In this document: in pieces, positions 39,541 to 51,700 of the stretch
How positions within the stretch are numbered: position 1 is the first letter of the stretch
Layout of the letters: every line of letters starts with the position of its first letter
Program-made: the position numbers and the translations under genes
Source of the DNA: Cyanophora paradoxa CCMP329
Lineage: Eukaryota > Plantae > Glaucophyta
Length of the DNA stretch: 64,000 bases
Direction of reading: 5' to 3'
NCBI GenBank assembly: GCA_004431415.1
Contig: QPMI01000194.1
Location: 92,517 to 156,516, forward strand
The notes under the pieces: model-generated
What the model was told of the DNA's origin: nothing
Seen by the model: only the letters and a program-made list of their open reading frames with translations
Databases searched by the model: none

Positions 39541-39650
39541 TGTTGCCAGCATAGTTTAGCTGGGGACTGGTATCATTGGGGTACAGGTACAGACTGGGGG
39601 TACAGGTCTACAGGGACTTGGAATAATGGCAGTATATGCTCACTGCAATA
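39541..39650 (-). repeat. Right LTR (5' LTR relative to the ORFs), 110 bp
   Basis: Identical to 17452-17561. It is followed by the AGGG duplication, after which the satellite resumes (tgcacc...). Confidence 0.95.
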
Positions 39651-39728
39651 AGGGTGCACCAGAGGTTCTGGACCACCGACTGGATGCCTTCCATGAGGCA
39701 GTCGATTGCGCGCGCCGAGGTGGCAGCT

Positions 39729-39767
<39 letters not shown>

Positions 39768-42700
39768 CGTACTCACCTGCACCGTGGCTCAGGTACCGGT
39801 GCAAGTATGCACATGTGCATGTGCCTCCTTCCTTGTGCCACCGTGGCATGTCCCTCGCGATCGGTTGCCTTCCAATCCTTTGCAAACCGTAGTACGGGAG
39901 ATTAAAGATTGTACATGTGGGTGGTAGTCCTAGTTCTCGCTTTCCACCTGCTAAGATTGACTACTTATGAACTACTTATGACTACTGCCTAATTTTTTTC
40001 CCGAAAACACAGTCTCGTCTGCGCAAGCCCATCCAGCACAAGAACATTGAAGGCAGTGGGCCAGCAAGGCGAGGCTAGCGCTCCTGCTCACATGCGCTTG
40101 CATACAAAAAAAAGCACTGCGGCAGTTGGTGAACTCCCAGCACGGCTGAGTCAGCTGCTGGATGCGCCCTCAGATTGTCGTCGTCATGACAGCTAGGCGT
40201 GGCGTTTAGTATTTAAAAATCCCCGGCCTGGGCCCCATCTGCAGGAAGGTGTACATGTTCACTGAGTCACGAGAAGGCCTGCAGCTGATCGAGATATCGA
40301 GCGTGTAACAGCTGCGGAGATGCCGTGACCCTCGTGCTCATAAGATGCCTTATACCGATCATGATCATCAGATGGTCCGCATCCATGATGCCAGGCCAGG
40401 CCCATTCATCCATGATGGCATATGCATTGGCACTGTACATGTACGACTGGACAGACAAGCTAGAAGTAAAACGAGGACAGTGCCCACGGGAGGCCTATTT
40501 ATGCAGAGATCACACTAAGAGATGCCCTGATCCTTCCAAAATTCTAGGCCTGTCCACTTCCATGCCGCGATGATGCAAAGGCCTTCTGTGCAAACACTCC
40601 TTCGTTTGCGCGACCTGTATCTTTTTCGAATTCAAGGGCTGGGCTGAGGAGGCCCTCAGACTAGAAAGTCTCATTGGTAGGACCCGCCGACAGCCTTTCG
40701 AGTTCAGGCAGCAGGGCCAGCTGGTCCCAGCTGGTTCCAGCTGCCCAGTCTCGTCTGATACAGGTTCACCTCCGCCCTCTCCTCAAGTTATCATCTATGT
40801 GGATGACACTGAGCTTGCCCCTGATATGCTGCCGATCTCTCCTATCCGAATCGACGCTGTTGATGTTGAGCCCGACTTTGCGAGTCATGCTGTCATTGCT
40901 TCCCTAGCTCCTCCCTCTTCTGCCCCTCTGCCTTCTTCTGCGCCTATGATGCCCATGGATACTGATCCTCTTTCTCCTTCTATTGTCCCGCCTAAGCGTC
41001 GTCGCGTGTCTTCCCTGGTGCTCTGGATCATGGTGACAACGTTCCTGGTGTCCTACCTCAGGTCTCTTTCAAATGTTTTCGGCCCTCACCTCCTCCAACC
41101 CTCCCATCCGCTGCCCCTATGGATCTCGCTGATGACCCAGGTTCCCCAATGGTGCTTATCTCTGACGAAGAGACTGATGACATGACTGATGGCTGAAGGT
41201 TTCACACGTGAGATCGTGACCAGGACTCCCCCAGGCCGGCATTAGGAAGAGGCCCGCATTGGGATGTCTGTGGTTGCTTTCCGTGTCTGCGTGTATGAGC
41301 GCCGGACCGCCGGGGCATACACGGTAGACTGGAAGGCGTTTGCGCCGCCACTACCCTTGCGTTTGCGCCGCCACTACCCTTGTCTGGTTGGTTCACTGTC
41401 GATTGTGCTTCGGGCCTTCGGGTCCTTCGCCTTTCGTCAAAACCGCACAACCGGCTTGGGCGTGTCTTTTACATACTCTTCTTCTTCCAACTCAATCGAT
41501 CGCCCCGCGGGGCGCCGACAGCGCTACAGCCTGGAGCCTGGTGCCGGGGCAATCGACGGGGGGGCCATGGGGACGGCATGGCGGCGGGCGGGGCCGTCGA
41601 AGGCACCGGCGTGGCGGCCGTGGCAGCGGCGGGGGAGGAGGGCCCGGCAGGGAGGGTGCACCGGAGGTTCTGGACCACCGACTGGATGCCTTCCATGAGG
41701 CAGTCGATTGCGCGCGCCGAGGTGGCAGCTCCCGGGGGAGGGGGGGGGGGGGGGGGGGTGGGGGGGGCGTACTCACCTGCACCGTGGCTCAGGTACCGGT
41801 GCAAGTATGCACATGTGCATGTGCCTCCTTCCTTGTGCCACCGTGGCATGTCCCTCGCGATCGGTTGCCTTCCAATCCTTTGCAAACCGTAGAACGGGAG
41901 ATTAAAGATTGTACATGTGGGTGGTGGTCCTAGTTCTCGCTTTCCGCCTGCTAAGATTGACTACTTATGAACTACTTATGACTACTGCCTAATTTTTTTC
42001 CCGAAAACACAGTCTCGTCTGCGCAAGCCCATCCAGCACAAGAACATTGAAGGCAGTGGGCCAGCAAGGCGAGGGCAGTTGATGGGCTAGCGCTCTGCTG
42101 CTCACATGCGCTTGCATACAAAAAAAAGCACTGCGGCAGTTGGTGAACTCCCAGCACGGCTGAGTCAGCTGCTGGATGCGCCCTCAGAAAGCTAGGGTGA
42201 ATGCGCCCTCAGATTGTCGTCGTCATGAAAGCTAGGGTGGGGGGGCAGCCTGGAGGCGTGGCGTTTAGTATTTAAAAATCCCCGGCCTGGGCCCCATCTG
42301 CAGGAAGGTGTACATGTTCACTGAGTCACGAGAAGGCCTGCAGCTGATCGAGATATCGAGCGTGTAACAGCTGCGGAGATGCCGTGACCCTCGTGCTCAT
42401 GAGATGCCTTATACCGATCATGATCATCAGATGGACCGCATCCATGATGCCAGGCCAGGCCCATTCATCCATGATGGCATATGCATTGGCACTGTACATG
42501 TACGACTGGACAGACAAGCTCCAAGTAAAACGAGGACAGTGCCCACGGGAGGCCTATTTATGCAGAGATCACACTAAGAGATGCCCTGATCCTTCCAAAA
42601 TTCTAGGCCTGTCCACTTCCATGCCGCGATGATGCAAAGGCCTTCTGTGCAAACACTCCTTCGTTTGCGCGACCTGTATCTTTTTCGAATTCAATGATTC

Positions 42701-45700
42701 AAGGGCTGGGCTGAGGAGGCCCTCAGACTAGAAAGTCTCATTGGTAGGACCCGCCGACAGCCTTTCGAGTTCAGGCAGCAGGGCCAGCTGGTCCCAGCTG
42801 GTTCCAGCTGCCCAGTCTCGTCTGATACAGGTTCACCTCCGCCCTCTCCTCAAGTTATCATCTATGTGGATGACACTGAGCTTGCCCCTGTTATGCTGCC
42901 GATCTCTCCTATCCGAATCGACGCTGTTGATGTTGAGCCCGACTTTGCGAGTCATGCTGTCATTGCTTCCCTAGCTCCTCCCTCTTCTGCCCCTCTGCCT
43001 TCTTCTGCGCCTATGATGCCCATGCATACTGATCCTCTTTCTCCTTCTAGATGATCTATTGTCCCGCCTAAGCGTCGTCGCGTGTCTTCTCCAGACCCTG
43101 GTGCTCTTGATCATGGTGATAACTTTACTGGTGTCCTACCTCAGGTTTCTTTCAAACGTTTGCGGCCCTTACTTCCTGCAATTCTCTCCTCTGCTGCCCC
43201 TATGGATCTCGCTGATGACCCAGGTTCCCCAATGGTGCTTATCTCTGACGAAGAGACTGATGACATGACTGATGGCTGAAGGTTTCACACGTGAGATCGT
43301 GACCAGGACTCCCCCAGGCCGGCATTAGGAAGAGGCCCGCATTGGGATGTCTGTGGTTGCTTTCCGTGTCTGCGTGTATGAGCGCCGGACCGCCGGGGCA
43401 TACACGGTAGACCGTAAGGCGTTTGCGCCGCCACTACCCTTGTCTGGTTGGTTCACTGTCGATTGTGCTTCGGGCCTTCGGGTCCTTCGCCTTTCGTCAA
43501 AACCGCACAACCGGCTTGGGCGTGTCTTATACATACTCTTCTTCTTCCAACTCGATCGATCGCCCCGCGGGGCGCCGACAGCGCTACAGCCTGGAGCCTG
43601 GTGCCGGGGCAATCGACGGGGGGGCCATGGGGACGGCATGGCGGCGGGCGGGGCCGTCGAAGGCACCGGTGTGGCGGCCGTGGCAGCGGCGGGGGAGGAG
43701 GGCCCGGCAGGGAGGGTGCACCGGAGGTTCTGGACCACCGACTGGATGCCTTCCATGAGGCAGTCGATTGCGCGCGCCGAGGTGGCAGCTCCCGGGGGAG
43801 GGGGGGGGGGGGGGGGGGTTGGGGGGGCGTACTCACCTGCACCGTGGCTCAGGTACCGGTGCAAGTATGCACATGTGCATGTGCCTCCTTCCTTGTGCCA
43901 CCGTGGTATGTCCCTCGCGATCGGTTGCCTTCCAATCCTTTGCAAACCGTAGAACGGGAGATTAAAGATTGTACATGTGGGTGGTGGTCCTAGTTCTCGC
44001 TTTCCGCCTGCTAAGATTGACTACTTATGAACTACTTATGACTACTGCCTAATTTTTTTCCCGAAAACACAGTCTCGTCTGCGCAAGCCCATCCAGCACA
44101 AGAACATTGAAGGCAGTGGGCCAGCAAGGCGAGGGCAGTTGATGGGCTAGCGCTCTGCTGCTCACATGCGCTTGCATACAAAAAAAAGCACTGCGGCAGT
44201 TGGTGAACTCCCAGCACGGCTGAGTCAGCTGCTGGATGCGCCCTCAGAAAGCTAGGGTGAATGCGCCCTCAGATTGTCGTCGTCATGAAAGCTAGGGTGG
44301 GGGGGCAGCCTGGAGGCGTGGCGTTTAGTATTTAAAAATCCCCGGCCTGGGCCCCATCTGCAGGAAGGTGTACATGTTCACTGAGTCACGAGAAGGCCTG
44401 CAGCTGATCGAGATATCGAGCGTGTAACAGCTGCGGAGATGCCGTGACCCTCGTGCTCATGAGATGCCTTATACCGATCATGATCATCAGATGGACCGCA
44501 TCCATGATGCCAGGCCAGGCCCATTCATCCATGATGGCATATGCATTGGCACTGTACATGTACGACTGGACAGACAAGCTCCAAGTAAAACGAGGACAGT
44601 GCCCACGGGAGGCCTATTTATGCAGAGATCACACTAAGAGATGCCCTGATCCTTCCAAAATTCTAGGCCTGTCCACTTCCATGCCGCGATGATGCAAAGG
44701 CCTTCTGTGCAAACACTCCTTCGTTTGCGCGACCTGTATCTTTTTCGAATTCAATGATTCAAGGGCTGGGCTGAGGAGGCCCTCAGACTAGAAAGTCTCA
44801 TTGGTAGGACCCGCCGACAGCCTTTCGAGTTCAGGCAGCAGGGCCAGCTGGTCCCAGCTGGTTCCAGCTGCCCAGTCTCGTCTGATACAGGTTCACCTCC
44901 GCCCTCTCCTCAAGTTATCATCTATGTGGATGACACTGAGCTTGCCCCTGATATGCTGCCGATCTCTCCTATCCGAATCGACGCTGTTGATGTTGAGCCC
45001 GACTTTGCGAGTCATGCTGTCATTGCTTCCCTAGCTCCTCCCTCTTCTGCCCCTCTGCCTTCTTCTGCGCCTATGATGCCCATGGATACTGATCCTCTTT
45101 CTCCTTCTATTGTCCCGCCTAAGCGTCGTCGCGTGTCTTCCCTGGTGCTCTGGATCATGGTGACAACGTTCCTGGTGTCCTACCTCAGGTCTCTTTCAAA
45201 TGTTTTCGGCCCTCACCTCCTCCAACCCTCCCATCCGCTGCCCCTATGGATCTCGCTGATGACCCAGGTTCCCCAATGGTGCTTATCTCTGACGAAGAGA
45301 CTGATGACATGACTGATGGCTGAAGGTTTCACACGTGAGATCGTGACCAGGACTCCCCCAGGCCGGCATTAGGAAGAGGCCCGCATTGGGATGTCTGTGG
45401 TTGCTTTCCGTGTCTGCGTGTATGAGCGCCGGACCGCCGGGGCATACACGGTAGACTGTAAGGCGTTTGCGCCGCCACTACCCTTGTCTGGTTGGTTCAC
45501 TGTCGATTGTGCTTCGGGCCTTCGGGTCCTTCGCCTTTCGTCAAAACCGCACAACCGGCTTGGGCGTGTCTTTGACATACTCTTCTTCTTCTCCAGTCTC
45601 GTCTGCGCAAGCCCATCCAGCACAAGAACATTGAAGGCAGTGGGCCAGCAAGGCGAGGGCAGTTGATGGGCTAGCGCTCTGCTGCTCACATGCGCTTGCA

Positions 45701-48700
45701 TACAAAGAAAAGCACTGCGGCAGTTGGTGAACTCCCAGCACGGCTGAGTCAGCTGCTGGATGCGCCCTCAGGTTGTCGTCGTCATGAAAGCTAGGGTGGG
45801 GGGGCAGCCTGGAGGCGTGGCGTTAAGTATTTAAAGATCCCCGGCCTGGGCCCCAGCTGCAGGGGAGTGTACATGTTCACTGAGTCACGAGATGGCCTGC
45901 AGCTGATCGAGATATCGAGTGTGTAACAGCTGCGGAGATGCCGTGACCCTCGTGCTCACGAGATGCTTTATACCGATCATGATCATCAGATGGTCCGCAT
46001 CCATGATGCCAGGCCAGGCCCATTCATCCATGATGGCATATGCATTGGCACTGTACATGTAAGATTGGACAGACAAGCTCCAAGTAAAACGAGGACAGTG
46101 CCCACGGGAGGCCTATTTATGCAGAGATCACACTAAGAGATGCCCTGATCCTTCCAAAATTCTAGGCCTGTCCACTTCCATGCCGCGATGATGCAAAGGC
46201 CTTCTGTGCAAACACTCCTTCGTTTGCGCGACCTGTATCTTTTTCGAATTCGATGATTCAAGGGCTGGGCTGAGGAGGCCCTCAGACTAGAAAGTCTCAT
46301 TGGTAGGACCCGCCGACAGCCTTTCGAGTTCAGGCAGCAGGGCCAGCTGGTCCCAGCTGGTTCCAGCTGCCCAGTCTCGTCTGATACAGGTTCACCTCCG
46401 CCCTCTCCTCAAGTTATCATCTATGTGGATGACACTGAGCTTGCCCCTGATATGCTGCCGATCTCTCCTATCCGAATCGACGCTGTTGATGTTGAGCCCG
46501 ACTTCGCGAGTCGTGCTGACATTGCTTCCCTAGCTCCTCCCTCTTCTGCCCCTCTGCCTTCTTCTGCGCCTATGATGCCCATGGATACTGATCCTCTTTC
46601 TCCTTCTATTGTCCCGCCTAAGCGTCGTCGCGTGTCTTCTCCAGACCCTGGTGCTCTGGATCATGAGGACAACGTCACGGTTGTCCTACCTCAGGTCTCT
46701 TTCAAACGTTTTCGGCCCTCACCTCCTCCAACCCTCCCATCCGCTGCCCCTATGGATCTCGCTGATGACCCAGGTTCCCCAATGGTGCTTATCTCTGACG
46801 AAGAGACTGATGACATGACTGATGGCTGAAGGTTTCACACGTGAGATCGTGACCAGGACTCCCCCAGGCCGGCATTAGGAAGAGGCCCGCATTGGGATGT
46901 CTGTGGTTGCTTTCCGTGTCTGCGTGTATGAGCGCCGGACCGCCGGGGCATACACGGTAGACTGTAAGGCGTTTGCGCCGCCACTACCCTTGTCTGGTTG
47001 GTTCACTGTCGATTGTGCTTCGGGCCTTCGGGTCCTTCGCCTTTCGTCAAAACCGCACAACCGGCTTGGGCGTGTCTTTTACATACTCTTCTTCTTCCAA
47101 CTCAATCGATCGCCCCGCGGGGCGCCGACAGCGCTACAGCCTGGAGCCTGGTGCCGGGGCAATCGACGGGGGGGCCATGGGGACGGCATGGCGGCGGGCG
47201 GGGCCGTCGAAGGCACCGGCGTGGCGGCCGTGGCAGCGGCGGGGAGGAGGGCCCGGCAGGGAGGGTGCACCGGAGGTTCTGGACCACCGACTGGATGCCT
47301 TCCATGAGGCAGTCGATTGCGCGCGCCGAGGTGGCAGCTCCCGGGGGAGGGGGGGGGGGGGGGGGTGGGGGGGCGTACTCACCTGCACCGTGGCTCAGGT
47401 ACCGGTGCAAGTATGCACATGTGCATGTGCCTCCTTCCTTGTGCCACCGTGGCATGTCCCTCGCGATCGGTTGCCTTCCAATCCTTTGCAAACCGTAGAA
47501 CGGGAGATTAAAGATTGTACATGTGGGTGGTAGTCCTAGTTCTCGCTTTCCGCCTGCTAAGATTGACTACTTATGAACTACTTATGACTACTGCCTAATT
47601 TTTTTCCCGAAAACACAGTCTCGTCTGCGCAAGCCCATCCAGCACAAGAACATTGAAGGCAGTGGGCCAGCAAGGCGAGGGCAGTTGATGGGCTAGCGCT
47701 CTGCTGCTCACATGCGCTTGCATACAAAAAAAAGCACTGCGGCAGTTGGTGAACTCCCAGCACGGCTGAGTCAGCTGCTGGATGCGCCTCAGAAAGCTAG
47801 GGTGAATGCGCCCTCAGATTGTCGTCGTCATGAAAGCTAGGGTGGGGGGCAGCCTGGAGGCGTGGCGTTTAGTATTTAAAAATCCCGGCCTGGGCCCCAT
47901 CTGCAGGAAGGTGTACATGTTCACTGAGTCACGAGAAGGCCTGCAGCTGATCGAGATATCGAGCGTGTAACAGCTGCGGAGATGCCGTGACCCTCGTGCT
48001 CATGAGATGCCTTATACCGATCATGATCATCAGATGGACCGCATCCATGATGCCAGGCCAGGCCCATTCATCCATGATGGCATATGCATTGGCACTGTAC
48101 ATGTACGACTGGACAGACAAGCTCCAAGTAAAACGAGGACAGTGCCCACGGGAGGCCTATTTATGCAGAGATCACACTAAGAGATGCCCTGATCCTTCCA
48201 AAATTCTAGGCCTGTCCACTTCCATGCCGCGATGATGCAAAGGCCTTCTGTGCAAACACTCCTTCGTTTGCGCGACCTGTATCTTTTTCGAATTCGATGA
48301 TTCAAGGGCTGGGCTGAGGAGGCCCTCAGACTAGAAAGTCTCATTGGTAGGACCCGCCGACAGCCTTTCGAGTTCAGGCAGCAGGGCCAGCTGGTCCCAG
48401 CTGGTTCCAGCTGCCCAGTCTCGTCTGATACAGGTTCACCTCCGCCCTCTCCTCAAGTTATCATCTATGTGGATGACACTGAGCTTGCCCCTGATATGCT
48501 GCCGATCTCTCCTATCCGAATCGACGCTGTTGATGTTGAGCCCGACTTTGCGAGTCATGCTGTCATTGCTTCCCTAGCTCCTCCCTCTTCTGCCCCTCTG
48601 CCTTCTTCTGCGCCTATGATGCCCATGGATACTGATCCTCTTTCTCCTTCTATTGTCCCGCCTAAGCGTCGTCGCGTGTCTTCTCCAGACCCTGGTGCTC

Positions 48701-51700
48701 TGGATCATGGTGACAACGTTCCTGGTGTCCTACCTCAGGTCTCTTTCAAATGTTTTCGGCCCTCACCTCCTCCAACCCTCCCATCCGCTGCCCCTATGGA
48801 TCTCGCTGATGACCAGGTTCCCCAATGGTGCTTATCTCTGACGAAGAGACTGATGACATGACTGATGGCTGAAGGTTTCACACGTGAGATCGTGACCAGG
48901 ACTCCCCCAGGCCGGCATTAGGAAGAGGCCCGCATTGGGATGTCTGTGGTTGCTTTCCGTGTCTGCGTGTATGAGCGCCGGACCGCCGGGGCATACACGG
49001 TAGACTGTAAGGCGTTTGGGCCGCCACTACCCTTGTCTGGTTGGTTCACTGTCGATTGTGCTTCGGGCCTTCGCGTCCTTCGCCTTTCGTCAAAACCACA
49101 CAACCGGCTTGGGCGTGTCTTTTACATACTCTTCTTCTTCTCCAGTCTCGTCTGCGCAAGCCCATCCAGCACAAGAACATTGAAGGCAGTGGGCCAGCAA
49201 GGCGAGGGCAGTTGATGGGCTAGCGCTCTGCTGCTCACATGCGCTTGCATACAAAGAAAAGCACTGCGGCAGTTGGTGAACTCCCAGCACGGCTGAGTCA
49301 GCTGCTGGATGCGCCCTCAGGTTGTCGTCGTCATGAAAGCTAGGGTGGGGGGGCAGCCTGGAGGCGTGGCGTTTAGTATTTAAAAATCCCCGGCCTGGGC
49401 CCCATCTGCAGGAAGGTGTACATGTTCACTGAGTCACGAGAAGGCCTGCAGCTGATCGAGATATCGAGCGTGTAACAGCTGCGGAGATGCCGTGACCCTC
49501 GTGCTCATGAGATGCCTTATACCGATCATGATCATCAGATGGACCGCATCCATGATGCCAGGCCAGGCCCATTCATCCATGATGGCATATGCATTGGCAC
49601 TGTACATGTACGACTGGACAGACAAGCTCCAAGTAAAACGAGGACAGTGCCCACGGGAGGCCTATTTATGCAGAGATCACACTAAGAGATGCCCTGATCC
49701 TTCCAAAATTCTAGGCCTGTCCACTTCCATGCCGCGATGATGCAAAGGCCTTCTGTGCAAACACTCCTTCGTTTGCGCGACCTGTATCTTTTTCGAATTC
49801 GATGATTCAAGGCTGGGCTGAGGAGGCCCTCAGACTAGAAAGTCTCATTGGTAGGACCCGCCGACAGCCTTTCGAGTTCAGGCAGCAGGGCCAGCTGGTC
49901 CCAGCTGGTTCCAGCTGCCCAGTCTCGTCTGATACAGGTTCACCTCCGCCCTCTCCTCAAGTTATCATCTATGTGGATGACACTGAGCTTGCCCCTGATA
50001 TGCTGCCGATCTCTCCTATCCGAATCGACGCTGTTGATGTTGAGCCCGACTTTGCGAGTCATGCTGTCATTGCTTCCCTAGCTCCTCCCTCTTCTGCCCC
50101 TCTGCCTTCTTCTGCGCCTATGATGCCCATGGATACTGATCCTCTTTCTCCTTCTATTGTCCCGCCTAAGCGTCGTCGCGTGTCTTCTCCAGACCCTGGT
50201 GCTCTGGATCATGGTGACAACGTTCCTGGTGTCCTACCTCAGGTCTCTTTCAAATGTTTTCGGCCCTCACCTCCTCCAACCCTCCCATCCGCTGCCCCTA
50301 TGGATCTCGCTGATGACCCAGGTTCCCCAATGGTGCTTATCTCTGACGAAGAGACTGATGACATGACTGATGGCTGAAGGTTTCACACGTGAGATCGTGA
50401 CCAGGACTCCCCCAGGCCGGCATTAGGAAGAGGCCCGCATTGGGATGTCTGTGGTTGCTTTCCGTGTCTGCGTGTATGAGCGCCGGACCGCCGGGCATAC
50501 ACGGTAGACTGTAAGGCGTTTGGGCCGCCACTACCCTTGTCTGGTTGGTTCACTGTCGATTGTGCTTCGGGCCTTCGCGTCCTTCGCCTTTCGTCAAAAC
50601 CACACAACCGGCTTGGGCGTGTCTTTTACATACTCTTCTTCTTCTCCAGTCTCGTCTGCGCAAGCCCATCCAGCACAAGAACATTGAAGGCAGTGGGCCA
50701 GCAAGGCGAGGGCAGTTGATGGGCTAGCGCTCTGCTGCTCACATGCGCTTGCATACAAAGAAAAGCACTGCGGCAGTTGGTGAACTCCCAGCACGGCTGA
50801 GTCAGCTGCTGGATGCGCCCTCAGGTTGTCGTCGTCATGAAAGCTAGGGTGGGGGGGCAGCCTGGAGGCGTGGCGTTAAGTATTTAAAGATCCCCGGCCT
50901 GGGCCCCAGCTGCAGGGGAGTGTACATGTTCACTGAGTCACGAGATGGCCTGCAGCTGATCGAGATATCGAGTGTGTAACAGCTGCGGAGATGCCGTGAC
51001 CCTCGTGCTCATGAGATGCCTTATACCGATCATGATCATCAGATGGACCGCATCCATGATGCCAGGCCAGGCCCATTCATCCATGATGGCATATGCATTG
51101 GCACTGTACATGTACGACTGGACAGACAAGCTCCAAGTAAAACGAGGACAGTGCCCACGGGAGGCCTATTTATGCAGAGATCACACTAAGAGATGCCCTG
51201 ATCCTTCCAAAATTCTAGGCCTGTCCACTTCCATGCCGCGATGATGCAAAGGCCTTCTGTGCAAACACTCCTTCGTTTGCGCGACCTGTATCTTTTTCGA
51301 ATTCAAGGGCTGGGCTGAGGAGGCCCTCAGACTAAAACCCGCCGACAGCCTTCCGAGTTCAGGCAGCAGGGCCAGCTGGTCCCAGCTGGTTCCAGCTGCC
51401 CAGTCTCGTCTGATACAGGTTCACCTCCGCCCTCTCCTCAAGTTATCATCTATGTGGATGACACTGAGCTTGCCCCTGATATGCTGCCGATCTCTCCTAT
51501 CCGAATCGACGCTGTTGATGTTGAGCCCGACTTCGCGAGTCGTGCTGACATTGCTTCCCTAGCTCCTCCCTCTTCTGCCCCTCTGCCTTCTTCTGCGCCT
51601 ATGATGCCCATGGATACTGATCCTCTTTCTCCTTCTATTGTCCCGCCTAAGCGTCGTCGCGTGTCTTCTCCAGACCCTGGTGCTCTGGATCATGAGGACA

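Larger units (their letters stand above)
17452..39650 (-). mobile_element. Giant (22,199 bp) Ty3/Gypsy-type LTR retrotransposon, apparently young
   Basis: Identical 110-bp direct terminal repeats. AGGG is duplicated at 17448-17451 and 39651-39654, relative to the empty site ggcagggagggtgcacc seen in other satellite units. Domain order on the minus strand is Gag-CCHC, PR, RT, RNase H, IN (gypsy order). Confidence 0.97.

Noticed and set aside
40571-40573. Selenocysteine readthrough of the conserved TGA in the satellite frame
   Set aside because: No SECIS identified. A stop fixed before amplification explains its presence in all units.
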